From Escherichia phage vB_EcoM_G29, in the sequence record MK327940.1: a stretch of DNA of 64,000 nucleotides; one strand, 5' to 3'. The notes beneath the pieces were generated by a model. It ran no database searches, was not told where the DNA came from, and saw only the letters and a program-made list of their open reading frames with translations. Positions 20,843 to 29,811 of the stretch are shown here, one piece after another (the first letter of the stretch is position 1; each line of letters begins with the position of its first letter). The translations under genes were made by a program, and so were the position numbers.

Positions 20843-20850
20843 ATTTATAA
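20843..20850 (-). promoter_or_regulatory. Late promoter (TATAAATA) for alt
   Basis: Minus-strand TATAAATA 22 nt upstream of the alt ATG; preceded by a GGCC-UUCG-GGCC hairpin (20855-20872). Confidence 0.65.
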
Positions 20851-20870
20851 AATTAAAGGCCCGAAGGCCT

Positions 20871-21059
20871 TTAGTAATCTAGTGGTAAGAGAGTACGATA
20901 TATTTCAAACTTTGGTCCTTTTTCATAGGCATCAAATGTTTCTGTAAATTTATTATAAGCGTATGCATCTACAAATTCGAGAATGACTTGTGATACAGAA
21001 GTAGAAACATCTCCACCTTCTTTTTGAGCAATGACAATTGTTTCTAAGTAAGCTTTCAT
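20871..21059 (-). CDS. Hypothetical protein (position of T4 alt.1)
   Basis: 62-aa ORF, ATGA-overlapped with the gene 30 stop. Confidence 0.55.
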   Translation of the reverse strand: MKAYLETIVIAQKEGGDVSTSVSQVILEFVDAYAYNKFTETFDAYEKGPKFEIYRTLLPLDY

Positions 21060-22519
21060 AAACCAGTTACCTCATGAAAATCACCAAATACATCCTCGAA
21101 TGTATTAGCTTTAGTTTTATCTTCACGTAAACGAATCGCAATCGGAAGAAATAATTTAACGTAATCAGTGCGGCCATCAGATTTTAACCAACCGTTGCAT
21201 TCGCACTCTAGAATTTTTCCAATATAATAATTTTGGTTTTCCATAATGCGAGTACGGTCAAGTTCATGCGATTTTACACCGGCTTTATCTTTTAAGCCTG
21301 AACCAGCATTTACCTTAATTTTTCCACACTCTGATTCAAGAATAAATCCACCCGCTTTAGTAGGGTCTTTACGGTGAGGATAAATTCCTACAATTTTTAA
21401 ATCAACATCAATTACTTCTTTAAATTTATAGAGATTTTTTGAACGAGCATTTTCCCACAATCCATCGGTATTTTTGAGAATAATACCTTCAAGACCTTGG
21501 TCAATATACTTTTTATAAATTACCTTAGCTTCATCTAGGTTATTTACTACCTGGTTTTCAATTAAAATTACTTTATCATAACCTGATGTCATTTGTTCTA
21601 GTTTAGAAAAACGTACATCATATTTCAAACGAAATGCAGGAAGACCGTATATTTCTACCAACGGGACATAATCCCAGACCTGAAACTTCATGCATTGAGC
21701 TTCTTTTTCAGAAATGGTTCCCTTTAAAGATTTATTGGCGATGCCATTAGATGCAGTACGTGATTCAGCTACTTCGGCGAATTCTTTAGCTTTACTAATT
21801 TCAGGATAAGCATCAAAAAGAAAATCTAGGCCTTCTGGCTCCTTTTCAACTTGCTCATGGTATACCAATTCGCCATCAATTAACACACCTTCTGGATGAA
21901 TCTGGCGAGCTTCTGTAGTCATTTTGATTAACTCTTCCTTAAGAAGATCTAATCCTAGATATTCATTACCAGCTCGTGATAAAAGACGAACATCATCTAA
22001 TTCATCACCTCTGACTTCAGCAAAACACCGAGCTCCATCAGCTTTTAACTGGGCAAAGGCTGGAAATTTGATATTCTTATTAATGCCTTTTTCATCATAA
22101 GAACTTGCAAGCATTTGAGGTTGTTCAGGAATTAAACCTGGCCAAACTTTGTTTGCAATAGATACTGAAGCACCGCATTCAAGGTCTCGCATCATCACCC
22201 GACGCAAAACTTCAACATCATCTTTTTTACCGTCAGTAATATATCCAGTTAATTCCTCAATTGCCGCATTTCCAGTCAATTTCCGAGTAGCTAACGTGAA
22301 TTCAATGAAGTCAAGCATATCGGTAAGAGTCAACATTCCAAAACTCTGGGTAGCAATACCCGGTTTAGGCCATTTCTTGATATAATACTGTAACCCACGA
22401 GAATAAGTCAGACGATATACTCGTTTAAGCAATTCATTATCTTTATTCTTTTCAAGAATTGCTTGCTTCTGCTTAGTTGAACCAATAGATGCTATTTCGT
22501 TCAGAATTTTAAGAATCAT
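21056..22519 (-). CDS. 30: ATP-dependent DNA ligase gp30
   Basis: 487-aa ORF (T4 ligase length) with adenylation lysine motif KADGAR. Confidence 0.9.
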   Translation of the reverse strand: MILKILNEIASIGSTKQKQAILEKNKDNELLKRVYRLTYSRGLQYYIKKWPKPGIATQSFGMLTLTDMLDFIEFTLATRKLTGNAAIEELTGYITDGKKDDVEVLRRVMMRDLECGASVSIANKVWPGLIPEQPQMLASSYDEKGINKNIKFPAFAQLKADGARCFAEVRGDELDDVRLLSRAGNEYLGLDLLKEELIKMTTEARQIHPEGVLIDGELVYHEQVEKEPEGLDFLFDAYPEISKAKEFAEVAESRTASNGIANKSLKGTISEKEAQCMKFQVWDYVPLVEIYGLPAFRLKYDVRFSKLEQMTSGYDKVILIENQVVNNLDEAKVIYKKYIDQGLEGIILKNTDGLWENARSKNLYKFKEVIDVDLKIVGIYPHRKDPTKAGGFILESECGKIKVNAGSGLKDKAGVKSHELDRTRIMENQNYYIGKILECECNGWLKSDGRTDYVKLFLPIAIRLREDKTKANTFEDVFGDFHEVTGL

Positions 22520-22785
22520 TGTTCATCCTTTAGAGTTTGGTTTACAGCTCTATTATAAATCAATTCATCATTAAGCTCAGTCAAAGACCTGTGGTACGTG
22601 GTTCTAACTTTATTTCCTTGCATCCAGTGCTTGACGTAAATGAAACCTTGCTCTACACATTTTTTAAAAATTCGTTCGTCTTTTTGAGCTCGGAATTCTG
22701 GATTGCATCTAAAAAATTGATTTACGTGACCGTAATCACGTGTAGTATTACCTTCATTTTCATAAATAGTATGAACAACAAACAT
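22516..22785 (-). CDS. Hypothetical protein (30.1 position)
   Basis: 89-aa ORF, overlapping start/stop with neighbours. Confidence 0.6.
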   Translation of the reverse strand: MFVVHTIYENEGNTTRDYGHVNQFFRCNPEFRAQKDERIFKKCVEQGFIYVKHWMQGNKVRTTYHRSLTELNDELIYNRAVNQTLKDEQ

Positions 22786-23639
22786 TAGAATGCTCCTTGG
22801 AAAATATTATCACCACTACCACTAGTAAGTCTATTAAAATACCCTGCGTCGCCAGGCTTAATATAACTCCACGTATGGAATGGATGCATCTGATGTGAGT
22901 GTGTATAATATGGATGATATGGATTATAAGGATTAAATCCAGGAGTTCTCCAAGTAGTGTTCCAACGAAAAGAATCGTTTTTAATCATCTTCTCAATTAC
23001 ATCTTTTATAACTTTTTCACTATCAAAACTTTCTTTATTTTCCTTCGATGGAAAAAGCTTATTCTCTACATCATTCCATGTATAAACTCGCTGTGCAGTT
23101 TTTGGAATACTGTCACGTTCCCCTCGAGCCATCCAATAAACAGGAACATTTAATATTTCACTCGCGTGATCGCAGTGGTGAGCGAGATCGTCAATATAAC
23201 AAATTACGTTATATTTCTCTTTTGCCTTTTTGAACAACTCTTCTTTTGAAGAATCATGACCACACATCAATACTTCTGAGAAGGCACCAGGAAAAAGAGC
23301 ATTCAAATTAAATTGACGATTCAGCAGAGCGTCAATAGAATCACCCAATGCTGTAACAGCTACAAAATTATAATCTTCTTTTAATTTGTTAATTACACAC
23401 AGGGCATCTTTATATGGAGACAAGTAACGAATAAAATCTGAACGATTGTATTTTTCAATTAACTTGACGCCAAGTTCTTCATCACAATTAAAGAGTTTAC
23501 CAGGAGAAATAAATTTCTCATCTTGGATCATTTTTAAAATATGTTCTAACGGAAGATTATATTTCTGAGCAAAATAAGGAAGGCCTGATTGCCAGCTTAA
23601 ACATACTCCATCAATATCAGTTAAAATAGTAGGCTTCAT
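22785..23639 (-). CDS. HAD-superfamily phosphatase-like protein (30.2 position)
   Basis: 284-aa ORF; N-terminal ILTDIDGV (HAD motif I) and later YIDD (motif IV); unusual His/Tyr/Pro-rich C-terminal tail. Confidence 0.65.
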   Translation of the reverse strand: MKPTILTDIDGVCLSWQSGLPYFAQKYNLPLEHILKMIQDEKFISPGKLFNCDEELGVKLIEKYNRSDFIRYLSPYKDALCVINKLKEDYNFVAVTALGDSIDALLNRQFNLNALFPGAFSEVLMCGHDSSKEELFKKAKEKYNVICYIDDLAHHCDHASEILNVPVYWMARGERDSIPKTAQRVYTWNDVENKLFPSKENKESFDSEKVIKDVIEKMIKNDSFRWNTTWRTPGFNPYNPYHPYYTHSHQMHPFHTWSYIKPGDAGYFNRLTSGSGDNIFQGAF

Positions 23640-24100
23640 AGAGAGTCTCTTAATAGGTTTAACACATCAATAAATTCAGCTTCGGTTAATATTGTATCAT
23701 CTTTTGTTAGACCACTAGCCATGCTGTGCTTCAAAACTTTTCCTTTCGAGGCGTGTAATGCATCACGAAAGCCCTTGTTTTGGATCGCTGCTTCAAAATA
23801 TGCATTTGTGTATAATTCTTTCCATGCTGGGGAGTATCTTGAAAACGGAACTCCAAGCCAGAAGAGGGTCCCACGGTCCTGAGCTCTAGCATAAGACCTT
23901 CCAGCTTGTTGGGCGGCAAGCCCGGATAACCCAAATATACGACGTTGTTGTTCAGCATTTTTCACCTTGCATCCTTGGAGGAATCCTTCAAGACCTCCGA
24001 ATTGAATACCATCCATGACGAAAGGCCATTGGGCGAAATTACTTAATGCACACGATGGCCATCTAAAATTGCTTCTAATCTCTAACTCAGACATTTTCAA
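23636..24100 (-). CDS. NADAR / YbiA-like protein (30.3 position)
   Basis: 154-aa ORF; core LSNFAQWPFVMDGIQF resembles the YbiA/NADAR signature as recalled from memory. Confidence 0.55.
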   Translation of the reverse strand: MKMSELEIRSNFRWPSCALSNFAQWPFVMDGIQFGGLEGFLQGCKVKNAEQQRRIFGLSGLAAQQAGRSYARAQDRGTLFWLGVPFSRYSPAWKELYTNAYFEAAIQNKGFRDALHASKGKVLKHSMASGLTKDDTILTEAEFIDVLNLLRDSL

Positions 24101-24293
24101 TACTTATAATTTCAACATCAGCCCAATGACCATAGCAAGGAAGACGAAATTCAACTGGCCAGTTAGGGTCCTTTTCTAATATAATAGACTTAACTTGTGG
24201 TTCTTCATGTTCATCAGTATATGGATTTTTATCTGTTACTTTATATGTGACCTTAATGTACTGAATTCCAAAAATCTTATTAATTATATTCAT
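24087..24293 (-). CDS. Hypothetical protein (30.x)
   Basis: 68-aa ORF in the operon-like array downstream of ligase. Confidence 0.55.
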   Translation of the reverse strand: MNIINKIFGIQYIKVTYKVTDKNPYTDEHEEPQVKSIILEKDPNWPVEFRLPCYGHWADVEIISIENV

Positions 24294-24487
24294 ACTAATT
24301 CCTTTAATCCGTAGATAGGAGATAATTCATCGCCCATACGAAGGTCTTCATTTCCATCTACCCAAGAAACAATATAAGCCTCTTTTATTTGAATACCACT
24401 CCATTTAAACGGAGGTAGAACCTTAGAAATTAATCCAGGTATACCAACTCCCTTTAATTCAACAGTTTGACCTAAAAAGAATTTCAT
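24290..24487 (-). CDS. Hypothetical protein (30.x)
   Basis: 65-aa ORF, ATGA-coupled to neighbours. Confidence 0.55.
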   Translation of the reverse strand: MKFFLGQTVELKGVGIPGLISKVLPPFKWSGIQIKEAYIVSWVDGNEDLRMGDELSPIYGLKELV

Positions 24488-24825
24488 TAAAACCTCATCT
24501 GAAAACCGTGCGATTTAACATTACCGCCATTAATATCAGAACTATTAATTTCACGTGCAATTGAGGGATCAATGTCAATTTCGCGATTGAGTTTAGTGAT
24601 AGCTAAAGTATCGCGCCCATTTACAGTACGGAACTCTAAAGGGCAGACTACATTAACGTAGTTTTTAATCGATTCACTGGTAGGTTGCAAATGTGCAGGA
24701 AGGTCTTTAGGCGCCTTTGAGAAAACTACTTCGCAGAAGTTTTTACGGGTATCAAAATAAGTAGTCATAAACATAACATTTTCCTCAGTAAGGGGCCAAA
24801 GCCCCTCATTTATTTTAAATATCAA
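24487..24825 (-). CDS. Hypothetical protein (30.x)
   Basis: 112-aa ORF. Confidence 0.6.
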   Translation of the reverse strand: MIFKINEGLWPLTEENVMFMTTYFDTRKNFCEVVFSKAPKDLPAHLQPTSESIKNYVNVVCPLEFRTVNGRDTLAITKLNREIDIDPSIAREINSSDINGGNVKSHGFQMRF

Positions 24826-25192
24826 ATTCGTTAAGAACTACATCAAAGATTGCTTCAAGATGCTCAGGTTTAGCTCTGTTACTCAGAATATGACGAATCC
24901 AAGTTTTAACCAAAAGCTTGCGATTAACGCCATTCCAGCAAGGATGAGTCCCTAAATCGCGTTCACGGAAATCATCATCCAGAGCGATTTTAAAGTTGGA
25001 ACCTTCCATCGTGATTGAAACCGTGATACCGTTTTCAAATCGCATATAAACGTAATTAGGAGTCATATACTGCTCAATTTCGCATACTGATCCATTTTGA
25101 TGTTTCCAAAGGCAAATAGTATCAATAGAACCTGCAATACCATTAGAAACATATTTACGTTCAAAGTTGATGTAGTTCATTTTATTCTCCAA
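24815..25192 (-). CDS. Hypothetical protein (30.x)
   Basis: 125-aa ORF. Confidence 0.6.
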   Translation of the reverse strand: MENKMNYINFERKYVSNGIAGSIDTICLWKHQNGSVCEIEQYMTPNYVYMRFENGITVSITMEGSNFKIALDDDFRERDLGTHPCWNGVNRKLLVKTWIRHILSNRAKPEHLEAIFDVVLNEFDI

Positions 25193-25247
25193 GATGTTTA
25201 ATTGCGGTACAGGTATATAATATCATATCCTGTACCAAAGTAAACAA

Positions 25248-25580
25248 TTATTTTACTACTTTCCAATGCTGCATGTCAAGTTTACCAACTTTTTTCATCT
25301 TCTCAATTAAGCGTTCGGCACGTTGGCGAGCTGTAACATAATACCATTCACCTAATTCATTTTGTTCAATTTTTCCAACGATTACTGTATTCAATTCATA
25401 AATCCAACCAGTAAAGAAATTATGAACTTGAATTGTAAAGGTGAAATCTGTTCCCATACCTTCTGTTGTTTCTACTTCAATAATATCACCTTCAACTGCC
25501 ATTAAGAACCACATAGTTTCATCATATTTACCATTGAAGCATTTAGTTTTAACTGCAGCGTTCAGATTAATCGTTTTCAT
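25248..25580 (-). CDS. Hypothetical protein (30.8 position)
   Basis: 110-aa ORF; early promoter upstream at 25608-25637. Confidence 0.6.
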   Translation of the reverse strand: MKTINLNAAVKTKCFNGKYDETMWFLMAVEGDIIEVETTEGMGTDFTFTIQVHNFFTGWIYELNTVIVGKIEQNELGEWYYVTARQRAERLIEKMKKVGKLDMQHWKVVK

Positions 25581-25607
25581 TTTATTCTCCTTTGTTTGTG
25601 TAAGATA

Positions 25608-25637
25608 ATACTATCACAAAGGAACCATACTGTAAAC
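25608..25637 (-). promoter_or_regulatory. T4-type early promoter
   Basis: Minus strand GTTTAC -35 (25632-25637) and -10-like TAGTAT 18 nt downstream. Confidence 0.5.
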
Positions 25638-25654
25638 AACTTTATGCAATCTTT

Positions 25655-25685
25655 GGAAAATAAAAAAGGACTCCCGAAGGAGTCC
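25655..25685 (-). terminator. Terminator after the 30.9-position ORF
   Basis: GGACUCC-UUCG-GGAGUCC hairpin followed on the minus strand by cuuuuuuauuuu. Confidence 0.7.
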
Positions 25686-25690
25686 TCAAC

Positions 25691-25867
25691 TTATGCTTTC
25701 TGCTTACCAAAACGAGAAGCATCATCTCGAAGAACCGCACGTGCTCGGCGCATGATCTTCTCAACAGTTTGATTGATACGAGAGTTCGACCCACGCTTGT
25801 AGCCAGCGCGTTTAGAATCACCAACTTTCTTTTCAACTGCTTTCTTTGCTTTAGCTTGTTTTGCCAT
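25691..25867 (-). CDS. Small lysine-rich basic protein (30.9 position)
   Basis: Frame of track ORF 25691..25909, taken from the internal Met (MAKQAKAKKAVEKK...); start uncertain, alternative ATG at 25909. Confidence 0.5.
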   Translation of the reverse strand: MAKQAKAKKAVEKKVGDSKRAGYKRGSNSRINQTVEKIMRRARAVLRDDASRFGKQKA

Positions 25868-26265
25868 TATAAATTCTCTTTTAAATGAAAATGCAGGACT
25901 TATTGGCATTGCCTGCGCAAGCCCTCAAGGGGAACATAGGTTTTTTGATATTTAACGACCAGGATAACCATAAACCCGTCATCATACCTTATAGCTCTTA
26001 TCTGTTGCACACCGTTAGCTTAAAGGTTCCGGGTTCGATTTCTCGAGGATAAGATATATACTGATGGATATATAGGCCTTGAGGCGTACTCCCGATTGGC
26101 CATCACCTCGGGGTAGCATGCACTTGCCGCTATAAGAATAACATTCAAGAGGTACACCGTAAAACTGCCGGGGTCTTAAAACTATAATGATTCGCAAATC
26201 ATTAATCAGACAGTTCGACGGCTCCTCGTTTTAACTTCACACTAAGGCAGTGAATCTCCAATAAA

Positions 26266-26514
26266 TTACTTCAGTGTTACCACAAAGTGACGAACTGCTT
26301 TTCGTGCAGCAGAAGCCAGAGGCTTAGCATATTTAAGTTCATCTTTTTCCTGAAGCTCAGCAGCTAATGCAGTTTGAGCAGGATTCAGATGTTTGAAATA
26401 ACGCAGGATTTCAAGAGCTTCGGCTTCAACATCAATAGATGCGCCATAGTTTTCGTGACCATTATTCCATGCGTTTCGTTGCAGTTCAAGAGCGTGTTGT
26501 AATTGTTTAATCAT
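26266..26514 (-). CDS. rIII: RIII lysis-inhibition accessory protein
   Basis: 82-aa ORF, T4 RIII size and position between the 30.x block and gene 31. Confidence 0.8.
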   Translation of the reverse strand: MIKQLQHALELQRNAWNNGHENYGASIDVEAEALEILRYFKHLNPAQTALAAELQEKDELKYAKPLASAARKAVRHFVVTLK

Positions 26515-26661
26515 TTAAAAATTCTCGTTAGAGATTAAAACTCGGTAGTCACGTTCTTCTGAATTTCATCTTCTTTCGACAGATCTCTCAGTTGTAGACT
26601 ACCACATAGAATTGTTCGGTTAACTTATTATTCCGACACCAAATTCATATTATTATTTATA

Positions 26662-26997
26662 TCACTTATAAAGACACGGAATAGCTTTATAGTGACAGGT
26701 AACGAATTTTTGTTTAATTTCTTTTGGCTGCTTAAGACCCAGAGCTACAAAAGGGTGTGGAACGTTTCGAATTTGACCAACTGGAAGAGAAGTCAAATCA
26801 CCAACTTCACAGAAACCTTCAGGAACATCAGGACCGACAGAGTGAACTACACACAGTTCAGGAACTTCACCTTGAACACGTTTACCGATAATAAGTCCTG
26901 ATTCTGTAACTTCTTCATCACCGGCTTGTGCAGGTTCAGAAACTAAAATAACATATTCACCGACAGCACGAATTGGTAGCTGTTGTACTTCAGACAT
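26662..26997 (-). CDS. 31: gp31 co-chaperonin (GroES analogue)
   Basis: 111-aa ORF, T4 gp31 length. Confidence 0.9.
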
Positions 26998-27053
26998 CGT
27001 TTTTCCTTTTTGTTAACAGATGAATTAATAATAACAAATAATTCTTAAAGCAT

Positions 27054-27362
27054 TTATTTACCAATAAATTGGAGCAAATGCTCAACTTTCATACCATTAA
27101 CGGAAATCAATTTGTCAATAGAAAAACCTCGCCATGCACCAAGTTCAACATCAAATACTGGAATCATATCAGTAGATTCTTTCCGAGTAGATTCAGTCAA
27201 TTTACCAGTTTGCATGGTTGGCATAAAGTCAGCATCGCGAGTACCTTTCATAACACGAATAGTACCATCAGACTTTTCAAAAACTACGTTTGAAACACCC
27301 ATGGACAATTTAGTTTTCAAAATTTCACGAATTGCTACTTTTTGTTCAGTCGTCAGTTTCAT
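27054..27362 (-). CDS. Hypothetical protein (31.1 position)
   Basis: 102-aa ORF. Confidence 0.6.
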   Translation of the reverse strand: MKLTTEQKVAIREILKTKLSMGVSNVVFEKSDGTIRVMKGTRDADFMPTMQTGKLTESTRKESTDMIPVFDVELGAWRGFSIDKLISVNGMKVEHLLQFIGK

Positions 27363-27599
27363 TTATTTACCTATTACAGTTTTAATATGAGTTGTTCCAC
27401 GTTCTTTAAGAGTGGAAAGTAATTTTTGGCATTTTTCTAAATCAGATTTCCAACTATGTGGTCTATCAATACAAACCCAGTTTGACTTATAATACTGCTT
27501 CCATTTAGAGAAAAAATACTTCTTATACTCTACAGCAAATGAAATGTTCTCGTTGGAATAAGAACTAATTGCTGTGAGCTGTACCAAACGAAATTTCAT
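27363..27599 (-). CDS. Hypothetical protein (31.2 position)
   Basis: 78-aa ORF, 1-nt overlap with the cd start. Confidence 0.6.
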   Translation of the reverse strand: MKFRLVQLTAISSYSNENISFAVEYKKYFFSKWKQYYKSNWVCIDRPHSWKSDLEKCQKLLSTLKERGTTHIKTVIGK

Positions 27600-28180
27600 T
27601 ATTCACCACAGAATTCGTTGATATTTTCCCAGTTTAACTTATTTAAGTTTTTCTTAGGAACATTAAACACTTCAATACCTGCATTTCGCAGAATATCATC
27701 CCAGCCAGGTTTATTTTTATCGTATGTTTCACAATAAACCAGCTTTTTAATTCCAGATTGAGCTATTGCTTTTGCACAATCTGGGCAAGGAGAAAGTGTT
27801 ACATACATAGTAGCACCTTCAATTGAAGAACCGTTTCGTGCAGCAAACAAAATCGCATTTAGTTCAGCATGAATTTCATTTTTAGACGACCATTCAGAGT
27901 GCGCGCTACGATGTTCTTTCGCCAATACAAAACGATCAGTTGAACCAAACGATACACATTCAGGCTTATGACCTTGAATGATAGTATGTTTAGGCTTATT
28001 CAGCAACCAACCTTGCTCAGCAGCATAATCACAGCAGTTCACACCACCTGCAGGTGAACCATTATATCCAGTAGAAATAATACGTCCATTCTTTTCAATT
28101 ACTGCTCCTACTTTCCAGGAGCAACATTTTGATTCTTGTGATACTAAATATGCAATTTGAAGTACTGTACTCGCTTTCAT
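27599..28180 (-). CDS. cd: dCMP deaminase
   Basis: 193-aa ORF with zinc-ligand motifs HAELNA and PCPDC. Confidence 0.9.
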   Translation of the reverse strand: MKASTVLQIAYLVSQESKCCSWKVGAVIEKNGRIISTGYNGSPAGGVNCCDYAAEQGWLLNKPKHTIIQGHKPECVSFGSTDRFVLAKEHRSAHSEWSSKNEIHAELNAILFAARNGSSIEGATMYVTLSPCPDCAKAIAQSGIKKLVYCETYDKNKPGWDDILRNAGIEVFNVPKKNLNKLNWENINEFCGE

Positions 28181-28515
28181 TTCATAATCACCAGATAAGC
28201 AGATTTAGCAGTTTCAACACGATAAATTTCGTGACGAAGTTTAGTTATACTTTTAATAACAGAACTAATTATATTCTGCCCATCTTTAAAGCGGTTTTTC
28301 TTATCAATAAAAATTGCACCAGCCATCTTTTTGTGAAGCTCAACTGGATACTTCGTCACAATAATAGCATCATACACAGAAGGATGAATACTATTCACTA
28401 GAGTATCGTTCATTAAAGTTATTCTAATGAACTGTGCTGTTTCAGAGTCAAGCGCTCTATGATCGCCAGTATCATTTTCAAGACAATTATCAATTATATC
28501 AGTTAAATTCATCAT
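28177..28515 (-). CDS. Hypothetical protein (cd.x)
   Basis: 112-aa ORF, ATGA-coupled. Confidence 0.6.
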   Translation of the reverse strand: MMNLTDIIDNCLENDTGDHRALDSETAQFIRITLMNDTLVNSIHPSVYDAIIVTKYPVELHKKMAGAIFIDKKNRFKDGQNIISSVIKSITKLRHEIYRVETAKSAYLVIMK

Positions 28516-28748
28516 AGTACGCCATACACCCTTTGTGCTTCAACTAATCCATCAAAATCCAATTTGAGATGTGTTATTTGGTCACCATCACCTGGATTCA
28601 CAATTACTAATACCGAACGAGGAGTTTCGGTAATAACACGAACCGACGTTTCAGGAAATCGTTCAGAAACCTTATTTACCAATTCTTGAGCAAATAGTTT
28701 AACTTTTTCTTGGAATTCTTTAACAGTAATTGGTTTTTCGCTTAGCAT
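28512..28748 (-). CDS. Hypothetical protein (cd.x)
   Basis: 78-aa ORF. Confidence 0.6.
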   Translation of the reverse strand: MLSEKPITVKEFQEKVKLFAQELVNKVSERFPETSVRVITETPRSVLVIVNPGDGDQITHLKLDFDGLVEAQRVYGVL

Positions 28749-29257
28749 GTTGATCCTAGCTCCTTACTTTCAACATTTTTAACTAATTTGACAGAAACTA
28801 ATTCAGCATCTTGGGTAATCATTACCGGACCTTCTTCATGCTCTTCAAGATATTCTAGAGCTTTCTTTTTAGCTTCTTCCTTCGTATCAGTTTGAGCATA
28901 GATATAGAACATACAACCAGTAATACCTACTACTTTCCACTTAATTTCTTTATCAGTTTTAATTTCAAATTTACTTACAGAATCATCTTTTTGAACTTCT
29001 TCGAAAAAAGAATATTCTAACATATAAGCAATTGAAAATAACGGGCTAACTTTATAGGATTCACCCATTACATCAACAGCTTTATACCAACAATCATCAA
29101 TTTCACGTTTAATGCTAATAACATTTTTCGCAGGATCTATTTTTACTTTAAATGAATTTTCCCCAATAAACTGGGCAATTCGTTTATTAGCCCCCGCAAG
29201 TTTCATTAAAAATATCTTTATATCCAGCTTTAAAGCGATAAACCTTATCTTCTTCAA
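28742..29257 (-). CDS. Hypothetical protein (cd.x)
   Basis: 171-aa ORF; SD GAGGAA upstream; early promoter at 29299-29330. Confidence 0.6.
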   Translation of the reverse strand: MKKIRFIALKLDIKIFLMKLAGANKRIAQFIGENSFKVKIDPAKNVISIKREIDDCWYKAVDVMGESYKVSPLFSIAYMLEYSFFEEVQKDDSVSKFEIKTDKEIKWKVVGITGCMFYIYAQTDTKEEAKKKALEYLEEHEEGPVMITQDAELVSVKLVKNVESKELGSTC

Positions 29258-29298
29258 ACCATTCGCTCATTTCAATTTCCTCATTTGTTTTGGTAGAG

Positions 29299-29330
29299 CT
29301 ATAATATCACAACTCTACCGTAAAGTAAAC
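29299..29330 (-). promoter_or_regulatory. T4-type early promoter
   Basis: Minus strand GTTTAC-18 nt-TATTAT. Confidence 0.55.
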
Positions 29331-29332
29331 TA

Positions 29333-29638
29333 TTAAATTGCTTTGAATTCTGATGTCTGTGATTCAAAGCGAATGTCGCCTTTGATAACTAGCTCAGCAT
29401 CAAGACCAAATACAACAATGATATGCGCGGAACCTGGATACAACGTAATGGCAATAGAATCCACCTGGTCTGGAAGCAAAGCGTTCAATACATGAGTCAC
29501 TTGAGCGTGGATTCGAAGTTCAGCTGCATTATCAAGCTTTTCAAACATGTTATTAGCGATAATTTGGCTAAACACTACTTCTACGATTTTAGAGTAAGTC
29601 GGAAACATATTTACCTCACATAATTTTCTTCGAGCCAA
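29333..29638 (-). CDS. Hypothetical protein (cd.x)
   Basis: 101-aa ORF. Confidence 0.6.
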   Translation of the reverse strand: MARRKLCEVNMFPTYSKIVEVVFSQIIANNMFEKLDNAAELRIHAQVTHVLNALLPDQVDSIAITLYPGSAHIIVVFGLDAELVIKGDIRFESQTSEFKAI

Positions 29639-29811
29639 TCAATAACATCCAAAGCGTTATCAAAAGTTGCGCCATCTACTTTGTCTTCTGTTTCATAATC
29701 AAGAACATCTAGGCCTACTCTTCCGTCAACAATAGGCCATAGACAAAATAGATATTTCTTTTCTTTTTCAATTTTATCACAAAGACGATAAATCTTTTCT
29801 AGGTTATTCAT
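29611..29811 (-). CDS. Hypothetical protein (cd.x)
   Basis: 66-aa ORF. Confidence 0.55.
   Translation of the reverse strand: MNNLEKIYRLCDKIEKEKKYLFCLWPIVDGRVGLDVLDYETEDKVDGATFDNALDVIDWLEENYVR

Noticed and set aside
25642-25836. Alternative 64-aa frame overlapping the 30.9-position ORF
   Set aside because: Overlaps the terminator hairpin at 25655-25685 and encodes an implausible peptide; the lysine-rich MAKQAK frame is preferred.
26020-26045. tRNA-like T-loop motif GGTTCGATT in the gap
   Set aside because: Flanking bases do not form a T-stem or acceptor stem by manual folding, and no anticodon arm could be placed; not called as a tRNA.
26015-26197. 60-aa ORF inside the rIII / 30.9 gap
   Set aside because: Starts at a TTG, has no Shine-Dalgarno sequence and a low-complexity product (SISIYLILEK); the region is treated as non-coding.
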